The translations under genes and the position numbers were made by a program. The notes below the pieces were generated by a model, which did not search any database, was not told the DNA's origin, and saw nothing but the letters and a program-made list of their open reading frames with translations. Shown one piece after another: positions 15,443 through 24,274 of a DNA stretch of 36,454 bases. Every line of letters starts with the position of its first letter. The stretch's first letter is position 1. The stretch is from a virus. The stretch is taken from positions 1 to 36,454 of the IMG/VR virus record IMGVR_UViG_3300045988_081733, one strand, 5' to 3'.

Positions 15443-16113
15443 AACACGGCAAATGGGAATTTGACGAAGACGTGACGAAAGTCTTTGATGATATGCTTCA
15501 GCGATCAATTCCCGAATATGAATCAATGCGCGATCTGATATACAGAGTGGGTCGGAATTTCGTAAACAAAGACAGCACATTGATTGATTTAGGCTGTTCA
15601 CGCGGCGAATCGTTCAGACGCTTTGCGGCTGATGGTGTAAAGATAATCGGCTGTGAAGTCAGCAAGCCGATGATTGAAGCGTGTCGCATGACATACGAAG
15701 ATTTTTCAAATGTGGCCGTTGTCGATATGGATATCAAGAAAGACTTTCCGAAAGAACGCGCAGATTTGACGCTGTCTGTTCTGACACTGCAATTCATTCC
15801 GATTGAATACCGACACGACATTCTTCGCAGGATATATGAAAATCTGAACGAACACGGCGCGTTCATTCTTGTTGAAAAGGTTCTCGGCAACAGCGCAGAT
15901 GTCGAACGCATTCTTGTTGACACATACTATTCAATAAAGAGCGATCACAGATACACGCAGGAGCAAATCGAAAGCAAGCGAAAAGCCCTTGAAGGCGTTC
16001 TTGTTCCGATAACATCAAAGTGGAATGAAGAAATGCTTTACAATGCGGGCTTCAAAACGGTTGACGGCTTTTGGCGTTGCTGTAATTTCTGCGGGTGGCT
16101 TGCGCTGAAATGA
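15424..16113 (+). CDS. CmoA-like carboxy-S-adenosylmethionine synthase homolog (class I SAM-dependent MTase fold)
   Basis: Collinear by eye with E. coli CmoA: WEFDEDVTKVFDDMLQRSIPEY / DLGCSRG / LTLQF / IESKRKALEGVL / YNAGF / CCNFCGWLALK. RBS GAGGGA. Overlaps the MTase gene by 19 nt and terL by ATGA. Confidence 0.75.
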   Translation: MQDKVIKHGKWEFDEDVTKVFDDMLQRSIPEYESMRDLIYRVGRNFVNKDSTLIDLGCSRGESFRRFAADGVKIIGCEVSKPMIEACRMTYEDFSNVAVVDMDIKKDFPKERADLTLSVLTLQFIPIEYRHDILRRIYENLNEHGAFILVEKVLGNSADVERILVDTYYSIKSDHRYTQEQIESKRKALEGVLVPITSKWNEEMLYNAGFKTVDGFWRCCNFCGWLALK

Positions 16114-17771
16114 AAACATATCTTGAACAGTATCACGATTTAATCACAAGCGGGGATATTGTCGCGGGGTATTGGATTAGAAAAGAAGTCGAAAATCTGA
16201 TTGAAGACTTGAACAATCCGCTTTACATATATGACACGACAGAAGCGCACAAGCGAATCAGATTTATTCAATCGATGTGCTTGCAGTCGAAACACCCGTA
16301 TTTCAACAAGCCCGTTCAATTAATGCCGTTTCAGCTTGCATTCTATGAAGCGTTGTACAGCTTCAAGATGACTGACACGGGCTTCAGGCGATTTGTCGAA
16401 GCACTGCTTGAAATCGGACGAAAGAACGGCAAAAGCACATTTCTTGCGGCTGACGGAAACACAGATTTGTTTATCGGCGAAGGCGGCGTTGAAATCTGTT
16501 GCGCGTCCAATGATGATAAACAGTGCCGTTATATATGGCGCGAAATCGCGGGAATGCGTCAGCGTCTTGACCCGAAGAAAGCAATCACAAGTCAGAACCT
16601 TTCCGAAATCCGAAACGACAGAAAAAATGTCATTATCAGCCGTATGTCAAGCAAAACGCAAAACAAAGACGGCGGCAATTATACAAAGACATATCAAGAC
16701 GAAAGTCACGATGTCGATGAAGAAAACGGAAACTGTGAAATCGCTGAAAGCTGTTGGCGCGGAATGTCAACCAAAGACGAACCGCTTTTCATAAATTGCA
16801 CAACGCAGGGCTTCAGCCGTGACGGGTGCTATCTTGATAAGAAGATCGAACGCGCAAAGAAGATAATCGAAGGCGAAATTGATGACATTCATTTTCTGCC
16901 GTTCCTCTTTGAGCAGGACAGCGAACAAGAGATATGGCAGGATGAATCATCATGGGAAAAAAGCAATCCTTCATTGCGTTACGGCGTGAAGAAAATCGAA
17001 AAACTGCGGCGAGATGTTGACATCGCGAGAACCGACAAAGCCGCGCGTCTGCATTTGCTTTGCAAAGATTTCAACATCAAGCAGAACAGCGCGGAAACAT
17101 GGCTGAAACTTGAAGATTTCACATATCCGCAAAAGAAACTTTCGCTTGAAGATTTTCGCGGTTGTGTATGCTTGGCGGCTTTAGACTGTTCGCAGACAAC
17201 CGACTTGACAAATCTAAAATTGTTGTTTATGCGTCCGAACGATAACACGAAATACGTGTTTTCGCATTATTGGATTCCCGAAAGCAAGCTGACCGACAGC
17301 GCGGACAGAAGCGCAGGCGCACAGTATAAAGAATGGGCGCAAAAAGGATATATGACGATCTGTTCGGGCAGTATCATTGATTTGACGCTTGTCACAGAAT
17401 ACATTGTCAAGCTGAAAAAGCAATACGGAATCACGGTTCTGAAATGCGGATATGACAAAGCATATGCGCGAGAGTTTGAAAAGAGCATTGACGAAGTTTC
17501 GGACGAAATACGCGAAGCGATCAATCAGAAGACAATGTCAACGCCTATGAAATGGGCTGAACGGGATTTCACAAGTCATGTGATTAACTTCGGAAGCAAC
17601 CCCGTTGACGAATGGTGTCTGTCGAATGCTTGCTGTAAGGTTGACGGACACGAAAATTATTCTTGTGTCAAGTCGCAAGCAAGCAAGCGAATTGATGGCG
17701 CGGTCGTGTTCATCATTCTGTATGCGACTTTGCTGAAATTCAATTCAGATTTTCAGCGTTATATCAAGTAA
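16110..17771 (+). CDS. terL: Terminase large subunit (Terminase_1 / HK97-type)
   Basis: Walker A EIGRKNGKST, typical size and position upstream of the portal gene. ATGA coupling to the upstream gene. Confidence 0.85.
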   Translation: MKTYLEQYHDLITSGDIVAGYWIRKEVENLIEDLNNPLYIYDTTEAHKRIRFIQSMCLQSKHPYFNKPVQLMPFQLAFYEALYSFKMTDTGFRRFVEALLEIGRKNGKSTFLAADGNTDLFIGEGGVEICCASNDDKQCRYIWREIAGMRQRLDPKKAITSQNLSEIRNDRKNVIISRMSSKTQNKDGGNYTKTYQDESHDVDEENGNCEIAESCWRGMSTKDEPLFINCTTQGFSRDGCYLDKKIERAKKIIEGEIDDIHFLPFLFEQDSEQEIWQDESSWEKSNPSLRYGVKKIEKLRRDVDIARTDKAARLHLLCKDFNIKQNSAETWLKLEDFTYPQKKLSLEDFRGCVCLAALDCSQTTDLTNLKLLFMRPNDNTKYVFSHYWIPESKLTDSADRSAGAQYKEWAQKGYMTICSGSIIDLTLVTEYIVKLKKQYGITVLKCGYDKAYAREFEKSIDEVSDEIREAINQKTMSTPMKWAERDFTSHVINFGSNPVDEWCLSNACCKVDGHENYSCVKSQASKRIDGAVVFIILYATLLKFNSDFQRYIK

Positions 17772-17786
17772 AAGGAGATATCAAAA

Positions 17787-18362
17787 ATGCCTATTTATTA
17801 TCAGGGAAAAGAACTCGGAAACATGGAAGTTAATCAAGTTGATTATGTTCTTCCTGCGGCAACCGATTCTGTTTTTGGCGGTGTCAAAATCGGTGACAAT
17901 ATAAATGTTGATGAGGATGGAACAATAAGCATTGACCGCGCGGGCGGTTGGCGGCTGATTAACACTGTTGAAATAACCGAAGAAATAAGAACAATCGAAA
18001 TCACAGAAGATTCAGAGGGAAATCCATTTGCGGTCAAAGAATTGCACATAATCGGGGAAGGAATTACCGCAAAAGAATCAATGTCGATATATTTGTGTTT
18101 TAATTCATCTTTTCCTTGGTATACGAATAACGCACAAGTAGGCGCATTTGACACAAAAGCAGAATATTGGGATTTCTATACTTTTCCTGCGGGAATAAGA
18201 TCATATTTTTCATGTATTAACACATGGAACACAGGTGCTTTGAATTACATACGCGGTAATAATAATGATATTCCGAATGACACAATATCATATATCAGAT
18301 TTATGGCTCCATATACTGAATCAAGATTTACTGCGGGAAAAATGACAATATACGGGAGATAA
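17787..18362 (+). CDS. Hypothetical protein with a tail-fibre-type N-terminal motif, inserted between terL and the portal gene
   Basis: RBS AAAGGAG. LPAATDSVFGGVKIGDNINVDEDGTISI resembles the ATxxxxG(I/V) motif of fibre proteins. Confidence 0.6.
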   Translation: MPIYYQGKELGNMEVNQVDYVLPAATDSVFGGVKIGDNINVDEDGTISIDRAGGWRLINTVEITEEIRTIEITEDSEGNPFAVKELHIIGEGITAKESMSIYLCFNSSFPWYTNNAQVGAFDTKAEYWDFYTFPAGIRSYFSCINTWNTGALNYIRGNNNDIPNDTISYIRFMAPYTESRFTAGKMTIYGR

Positions 18363-18366
18363 GACA

Positions 18367-18540
18367 ATGAAAAAATGGATTAATGGAAAAATTGTTGAGA
18401 TGACCGCCGAAGAAGTCGCGGCAATGGAAGCGGAAACCGCACAGCCCGAAATCGAACAGCACGCAGAACTGACAACCGAAGAACGGATTGCAAATCTTGA
18501 AGAAGCACTGAACATGATTCTGAACGGGGTGACGGAATGA
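18367..18540 (+). CDS. Small hypothetical protein (57 aa, MKKWINGKIVEMTAEE...)
   Basis: Translated by hand. Fills the gap between neighbouring genes and has an ATGA overlap with the next ORF. Confidence 0.5.
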   Translation: MKKWINGKIVEMTAEEVAAMEAETAQPEIEQHAELTTEERIANLEEALNMILNGVTE

Positions 18541-18737
18541 CAGACGAACTGCGGAAAAGAATCATCGAATATAACAAATCGGTGAAAGCGAAAGACAGCC
18601 GCATTGAAGAACTGAAAGCAGAGATTGAACAGCGATCAGAGACAATGCGAACGATTGCGAATTCTTTTTCAAATACGTTATGGAATGCGTTGCCGCAGAA
18701 AATCAAGGCGTATTTTGAAGAATATCGAAACACTTAA
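18537..18737 (+). CDS. Hypothetical coiled-coil protein (66 aa)
   Basis: Translationally coupled ORF. Confidence 0.5.
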   Translation: MTDELRKRIIEYNKSVKAKDSRIEELKAEIEQRSETMRTIANSFSNTLWNALPQKIKAYFEEYRNT

Positions 18738-18764
18738 AGTCAGGCACAGTGAGAAGGTGAGAAA

Positions 18765-19967
18765 GTGGGGCTGAAAGAATTTTTCTTCGGCAAAAAGAAA
18801 GAGAAAAGCGGGCTTCGATACGCGCCGACAATGTCAGGGGCTTCGCCGTTTTATTCCTCTTTCGGGGATAATATATATTCAAGCGATATTGTCGTTCAGT
18901 CGATCAGATGTAAAGCGAACGAATTCAAGAAACTGCAACCGCGTCACATTCGCACTGTGGACGGGAAACAAAGCGTAATACTTGACAGCAGTATTTCAAA
19001 GGTTCTGAACCGCCCGAATCCGTACATGACAACGGCTGACTTCCTTGAAAAAATAACAATCCTGCTTGAACTGAACAAGAATGTTTTCATTTATCCCGAA
19101 TACTACAAGACCAAAGGCGGCGAAAGATACTATACAGCATTGTACCCGCTGAAGCCGTCAACGGTTGACTATCTTGCAAACGATAACGATGAAATGTTCA
19201 TTCATCTTGCGTTTGCGAACGGGGTTGAAACGACACTTCCCGTTGATGAAATAATTCATTGGCGCAAAGACTACGGCGTGAATGATTATTTCGGCGGCAG
19301 TATGTTCGGCGGCAATGATAATATCGGACTTCTGAAAACTTTGCGTCAGTATGATATGTTGACGCAGTCAATTGCGAAAGCCCTTGACTGTTCGTGTCAG
19401 ATAAACGGGCTTGTCAGATACAATTCATATCTTGATGACGATGAATCAAAGAAAGCGCGTGAAAACTTTGAAGCCGATCTGAAGAACAACAAAAGCGGGA
19501 TAATGTTCACGGACTTGAAAACAGATTATGTTTCAATGCCGCGTGACATTAAACTTGTTGACGGGGAAACGACAAAGTTTTTCTATGAAACTATTCTTCG
19601 GGCGAACGGCACAAGCCTTGCAATCCTGAACGGCGATTATACCAAAGTGCAGAAAGAAGCGTATTATGAACACGCACTTGAAGCGGACATCAAAAGTTTA
19701 GGTCAGGCAATGTCGCGCGTTATGTTTTCAGAACGGGAAATAGCTTTCGGAAACGAAATCATTCTGTACCCGCACGACATAACATTCATGTCGATGGAAA
19801 ACAAATTGTCTGCGCTTCAAATCGGACTTCCCGCAGGGATTTTCACGAAAGACGAAGCGCGTGAATTGCTCGGATATGCGCCGTTGCCGAATGGCGCAGG
19901 GGACGCAATCCCGCAGGGCTACAATTCATTACTTGACGATTCAAACAACAATAGTCTGAAAGATTAA
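18765..19967 (+). CDS. Portal protein, HK97 family
   Basis: About 400 aa, positioned after terL. The N-terminal region ...IYSSDIVVQSIRCKANEFKKLQPRH... is typical of Phage_portal. GTG start with a GAAGGTGAG RBS. Confidence 0.8.
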   Translation: MGLKEFFFGKKKEKSGLRYAPTMSGASPFYSSFGDNIYSSDIVVQSIRCKANEFKKLQPRHIRTVDGKQSVILDSSISKVLNRPNPYMTTADFLEKITILLELNKNVFIYPEYYKTKGGERYYTALYPLKPSTVDYLANDNDEMFIHLAFANGVETTLPVDEIIHWRKDYGVNDYFGGSMFGGNDNIGLLKTLRQYDMLTQSIAKALDCSCQINGLVRYNSYLDDDESKKARENFEADLKNNKSGIMFTDLKTDYVSMPRDIKLVDGETTKFFYETILRANGTSLAILNGDYTKVQKEAYYEHALEADIKSLGQAMSRVMFSEREIAFGNEIILYPHDITFMSMENKLSALQIGLPAGIFTKDEARELLGYAPLPNGAGDAIPQGYNSLLDDSNNNSLKD

Positions 19968-19970
19968 CGG

Positions 19971-20615
19971 GTGAAAGATATGGAATACATAAAACGAAAT
20001 TACTTCGCCGAATTCAGGGCTGATGAAAACAGCGGGCTGATTGAAGGCGTTCCGATTGTCTTCGACACGCCGACCGATATCGGCGGTTGGTTTGAAGAAA
20101 CAATCTGCAAAGGCGCGATCAAAGAAAGCGTCATAAATGATGTGCGGTTCTTTTGGAATCACAACATAGATGAAAAAGCAATCGCGCGGACTGTCATCCC
20201 GATTGAAAAACTCGGCGGCATGAAGCTGACAATCAAGGATGACAAAATCGAAATGCTTGCAAACCCGAACAGAAAGAGGACAGACGCAAACGATTTGTGT
20301 CTTGCAATTGAAGACGGCGTTATCAATGCAATGTCATTCATGTTCGGTGTCAAGCGGGAACGGTGGGAAGATTTAGACACAGATTATCCGAAACGCTTCA
20401 TTGAGGAAATCGACCCGCTGATAGAAGTTTCGGCAGTAAACTTCCCTGCATATAAAACGACATCCATTAATGCGCGGGGTGATCTTGTCACGGAAATTGA
20501 CAAGGGCGTGTTGGAAAAAGCACGCAGTCAGCGCAAGTCTTCTGCGGAAAACAGAAGCGCAAATCTATATATAAAAAATCTTATCAAACAGTACAAAGGA
20601 GCAGAAAGAAAATGA
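19971..20615 (+). CDS. Prohead maturation protease, HK97 family (S78)
   Basis: FRADENSGLIEGVPIVFDTP...FFWNHN...AMSFMF...EVSAVNFPAY pattern, located between the portal and capsid genes. An alternative ATG start lies at 19980. Confidence 0.8.
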   Translation: MKDMEYIKRNYFAEFRADENSGLIEGVPIVFDTPTDIGGWFEETICKGAIKESVINDVRFFWNHNIDEKAIARTVIPIEKLGGMKLTIKDDKIEMLANPNRKRTDANDLCLAIEDGVINAMSFMFGVKRERWEDLDTDYPKRFIEEIDPLIEVSAVNFPAYKTTSINARGDLVTEIDKGVLEKARSQRKSSAENRSANLYIKNLIKQYKGAERK

Positions 20616-21892
20616 AAGACAAACTTATGAAAATGCTTGCCGCAAAGAAGGAACAGCGCGACAACCTGAACAAAGCACTGATCGAGAGTGACAGCAAAGA
20701 GGAACGCGCCGCAATCGGCGAAACTCTTTCCGCACTTGCAAAAGAAATCGCAGATTGCGAAGATATGCTGAAAGACCTTGACGAACCCGCTGGCGGCGGC
20801 AACGGAGACGGCGGCAACGGAGACGGCGGCGAAGGCAGAAAAGCGAAACTCGGCGGCATGAATTTTAGAAAGGCTTCTGAAGCCGACACGACTTCGCTTG
20901 AATATCGCAAGGCATTCAAGCAGTATATCGCAAACGGCAACATGGGCGAACTTCGCGCCGCCGCAGGAAACAGCACGGGCGCGGACAATGTCGGCACTGT
21001 CATTCCCGAAAATCTTCTGAATCAGATCATCGAAAAACTTGAATCTGTCGGAACGATTTACAACCTTGTCACAAAGACCGCTTATCCCGTAGGGCAGACA
21101 ATCCCGAAGGAAGCAACGAAGCCCGTTGCAACATGGGTCGGACGTAACACGACAACCCTTGCTTCGTCCACAAGCGGCGAGGGCAACGGTTCAACCGTGA
21201 CAAAGACTGTTCTTGACACTGCGATCAGCTTCACACACTTCAAACTTCGCTGTGAAGTCGCGATGACCGAAGAGGTCGCGACAATGGCACTGTCTGCATT
21301 TGAAGCACTGTTTGTCAAAAACGTATCGCTTGCAATGCTTCGCGCGATCGAATACGCAATTGTTGACGGTGACGGAAACGGAATGCCTACGGGTATTCTT
21401 GCAAATACCGCGCCGACAGGTCAGGCGATTGAGGTTGCCGCAGGAACTGCGGGCAAGCTGACATATAAGGTTCTTTGTGACGCTGAAGCGGCAATCCCCG
21501 CAGAGTATGAAGCGGGCGCGAAGTGGTGCATGACAAAGAAAACGTTCATGTCGTTCATCGGCATGACCGACACTGCGGGTCAGCCGATTGCCCGCGTGAA
21601 TTACGGGCTTAACGGCAAGCCCGAAAGAACGCTTCTCGGACGTGACGTTATACTGTACGTTCCGCAGAGCGGTTCAAAACTCGGAAACTTTGCCGAAACT
21701 GTGACCGATGACACGCTGTTCGCGTTTATCTTCGATTTCGGAGATTACACGCTGAACAACAATTACGATCTCGGAATTCAGCATAAAATCGATTGGGACA
21801 ACGAAGACCACAGAACGAAGGCTGTTGCCGCGTATGATGGCAAGGTCATTGACAAAGGTTCGCTTGTAACCCTGACGAAGAAAAAGGCTTAG
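20612..21892 (+). CDS. Major capsid protein, HK97 fold, with an N-terminal scaffold-like (delta) coiled coil
   Basis: N-terminal coiled coil followed by ...GTVIPENLLNQIIEKLESVGTIYNLVTKT..., typical of Phage_capsid. ATGA overlap with the protease gene. Confidence 0.85.
   Translation: MKDKLMKMLAAKKEQRDNLNKALIESDSKEERAAIGETLSALAKEIADCEDMLKDLDEPAGGGNGDGGNGDGGEGRKAKLGGMNFRKASEADTTSLEYRKAFKQYIANGNMGELRAAAGNSTGADNVGTVIPENLLNQIIEKLESVGTIYNLVTKTAYPVGQTIPKEATKPVATWVGRNTTTLASSTSGEGNGSTVTKTVLDTAISFTHFKLRCEVAMTEEVATMALSAFEALFVKNVSLAMLRAIEYAIVDGDGNGMPTGILANTAPTGQAIEVAAGTAGKLTYKVLCDAEAAIPAEYEAGAKWCMTKKTFMSFIGMTDTAGQPIARVNYGLNGKPERTLLGRDVILYVPQSGSKLGNFAETVTDDTLFAFIFDFGDYTLNNNYDLGIQHKIDWDNEDHRTKAVAAYDGKVIDKGSLVTLTKKKA
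20795..20830 (+). repeat. Tandem 15-nt repeat GGCGGCAACGGAGAC (2.4 copies) encoding GGNGDGGNGDGG in the capsid delta-domain linker
   Basis: Seen directly in the sequence. Confidence 0.9.
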
Positions 21893-21937
21893 TCCTGATG
21901 CGTCGAATCGAAACTAAAATAATAGGGGTGTAGCATT

Positions 21938-22225
21938 ATGACAGACACGGAACTGTTGAACATGGTAAAAACGGGACTTGGAATATCGGGAAATTATCAG
22001 GACGAAATCTTGAAAATTCACATTGACAATGTCAAGCAATTTATGATATCTGCGGGTGTCGCTGAATCCGTTGTCAACAGCGAAGTGTCTGTCGGTGCAA
22101 TCTTGATCGGCGTTAATGATCTGTGGAACTATTCAAGCGGGGGCGTGAAATTCAGCGAATTTTTCAAACAGCGTGTAATTCAGCTTTCGTTGAAAGAGGT
22201 GACAAGCGATGTTCAGACCGAATGA
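21938..22225 (+). CDS. Head-tail connector protein (gp6-like)
   Basis: Size, position and the LGISGNYQDEILKIHIDNVKQFM pattern. Confidence 0.65.
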   Translation: MTDTELLNMVKTGLGISGNYQDEILKIHIDNVKQFMISAGVAESVVNSEVSVGAILIGVNDLWNYSSGGVKFSEFFKQRVIQLSLKEVTSDVQTE

Positions 22226-22556
22226 AGCGGCACAGATGACAACGGCAATGCGCTTGCAAAAGCCGACAGCAACAGTTTCGTTCGGTGTAGCACAAAAGAC
22301 TTGGACGGACGTTGACGGCGTTATCATGTGCAATTTCAAGACATACGGCGGCACAGAAAGAGTTGACAACAACATTTTGTCTGTCGAAGATACTGCAAAT
22401 ATTGTTTGTTGGTATCGTCCCGATATCAAAAGCGATTGTCGCTTGATACGACTTTCAGACAATGCCGCGTTTGAAATTCTCGGAGAACCCGAAAATATCG
22501 AAATGCGGAATCAGTTTTTGAAATTCAAAATCAGACGCATAAAGGGCGGGGCTTGA
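22209..22556 (+). CDS. Head closure / head-tail adaptor protein
   Basis: Position, and the MRLQKPT...GVAQKTWTDV...CNFKTYGGTE pattern typical of Phage_H_T_join. Confidence 0.65.
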   Translation: MFRPNEAAQMTTAMRLQKPTATVSFGVAQKTWTDVDGVIMCNFKTYGGTERVDNNILSVEDTANIVCWYRPDIKSDCRLIRLSDNAAFEILGEPENIEMRNQFLKFKIRRIKGGA

Positions 22557-22557
22557 C

Positions 22558-22971
22558 ATGATAAAACTGAAACTTAGCGGCTTTGACGAACTGCTGAAGC
22601 AAATCGAAGACGCAGGGCAATCAATTGACAGCGCGTGTGAAAGCTGTATGAATCAATCGGCAAACATCATGTATAACGAACTGAAAACGCAGATGAGAAA
22701 CACGCACGTCAAAGGCAGTCTGATAAATAGAATGCCGCAACCCGAACTTGAAAAAGAGGGGAACGCATTCATTGCGCGTGTCGGATATGAAAAGGGCGAT
22801 TTTGACCCGAAGAATCTTTCTGACGGTTACAAAGCTGTTTTCATAAACTTCGGAACGCCGAAGATAACCCCGCGTCAATTTGTCAAACTTGCAAAGAAAA
22901 AAGCCGCGCCGCAGATCAAGAAGGCGCAGAAAGAAACGCTTGAAAAGATACTTGAAAGGGCGAAGAAATGA
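22558..22971 (+). CDS. HK97 gp10-like tail-attachment protein
   Basis: N-terminus MIKLKLSGFDELLKQIEDAG, plus synteny. Confidence 0.6.
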   Translation: MIKLKLSGFDELLKQIEDAGQSIDSACESCMNQSANIMYNELKTQMRNTHVKGSLINRMPQPELEKEGNAFIARVGYEKGDFDPKNLSDGYKAVFINFGTPKITPRQFVKLAKKKAAPQIKKAQKETLEKILERAKK

Positions 22972-23318
22972 ACGTTAAAACAATCTTGATAAACGTTCTG
23001 AAGGAATTCGGATATCCCGTTTTTCTTCAGGGTTCGTTGAATCAGAATGAATCATATCCCGATTCATTTATAACGTTTTGGACGGATTACACGGCAGATA
23101 ATTCGCATTATGATGACGCTGTTCATTCGGTCGATTGGTCTTTCTCGGTCATCTTTTACAGCAAAGACGCAAATCTTGTGAATGAAAAGCCGTTTGAAAT
23201 CCGCGCGGCGTTGATTGAAGCGGGATTCATAGCACAAGGAAAAGGGCAAGACATACCCAGTGACGAACCAACGCACACGGGGTGGGCGATGGATTTCAGA
23301 TACATTGAAATTCAATAA
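22968..23318 (+). CDS. Putative tail terminator / tail completion protein
   Basis: Based on synteny only: the last gene before the major tail protein, joined by an ATGA overlap. Confidence 0.5.
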   Translation: MNVKTILINVLKEFGYPVFLQGSLNQNESYPDSFITFWTDYTADNSHYDDAVHSVDWSFSVIFYSKDANLVNEKPFEIRAALIEAGFIAQGKGQDIPSDEPTHTGWAMDFRYIEIQ

Positions 23319-23341
23319 ATTCATAAAGGAGAAATTGAAAA

Positions 23342-23971
23342 ATGGCAGTTGAATTCAGAGGTTGCAAAAATCTTGTTTTTGCAGAAGTCACAAACGATGA
23401 CAACGAAACAACGGGTTCAAACAAAGGTTATGTAACGGGAACAGTCAAAGTGCTTGCACCCGTTGCAGAGATCAGCAAGACTGTCGAAACATCGTCTGAA
23501 GCGAAATATTATGACGATGTTGCCGCGATCATTATCAATTCAGAGGGTAGCGACACAGTGACTTTCACTTGTGCAATTCCTTCTGATGAAGTGCTTGCGG
23601 AAATCTGCGGCAGGGTGTACGACACTACAAGCAAAAAGTATATCGAAGCCCCGCGAAAGAATAAATATTTCGCGGTCGGCTATATTCTCGGCGAGACGGG
23701 CGAAGGCGATGACGAACGCTTTGTGTGGAGATACAAAGGCACGTTCAACATTCCTGACGAAACTTCGGCAACGAAGAATGACGGAACGGACAGCAACAAT
23801 ATTTCGCTTGAATTCACGGGAATTTTCACCGAACACAAATTCACCAACGGCGGCGGCACGGGAATTGCCGCGCCCGCGAAGGCGATGTTCATTCGCAAGT
23901 CTGACGATGTTGCAACCGAAGCGCAGTTTTTCGCGCAGGTCGCAACGCCTGACACGACTTTCACAGGCTAA
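23342..23971 (+). CDS. Major tail protein (phi13-like family)
   Basis: RBS AAAGGAG. Position upstream of the chaperone genes. About 210 aa with the pattern AVEFRGCKNLVFAEVTNDD. Confidence 0.7.
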   Translation: MAVEFRGCKNLVFAEVTNDDNETTGSNKGYVTGTVKVLAPVAEISKTVETSSEAKYYDDVAAIIINSEGSDTVTFTCAIPSDEVLAEICGRVYDTTSKKYIEAPRKNKYFAVGYILGETGEGDDERFVWRYKGTFNIPDETSATKNDGTDSNNISLEFTGIFTEHKFTNGGGTGIAAPAKAMFIRKSDDVATEAQFFAQVATPDTTFTG

Positions 23972-23986
23972 AAAGGGGGTAACAAA

Positions 23987-24274
23987 ATGAATTTTTCTGA
24001 CTACATAAAGCCCGAATTACTTGTTCTTGTTCCCGTGCTTTATTTTATCGGCATAGCAATCAAGAAAAGCAGTGTATCAGATAAATTCATTCCGTGGATA
24101 TTGGGCGGCGTTTCTGTCGCCCTTTCCGCGATATGGATTTTCGCAAACTGCGAGTGTCACAGCACTGCTGATGTGCTGACGGCAATCTTCACGGCACTGA
24201 CGCAGGGCGTTTTGATTGCGGGCGCGAGTGTATACGCGAATCAGCTTTATAAACAGACGGGAAAGGATGAATGA
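23987..24274 (+). CDS. Holin-like membrane protein (A118 Hol118-like, 3 TM helices)
   Basis: PELLVLVPVLYFIGIAIKKSSVSDKFIPWILGGVSVALSAIW...QGVLIAGASVYANQLYKQTGK is collinear by eye with Listeria phage A118 holin. RBS AAGGGGG. Confidence 0.6.
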   Translation: MNFSDYIKPELLVLVPVLYFIGIAIKKSSVSDKFIPWILGGVSVALSAIWIFANCECHSTADVLTAIFTALTQGVLIAGASVYANQLYKQTGKDE

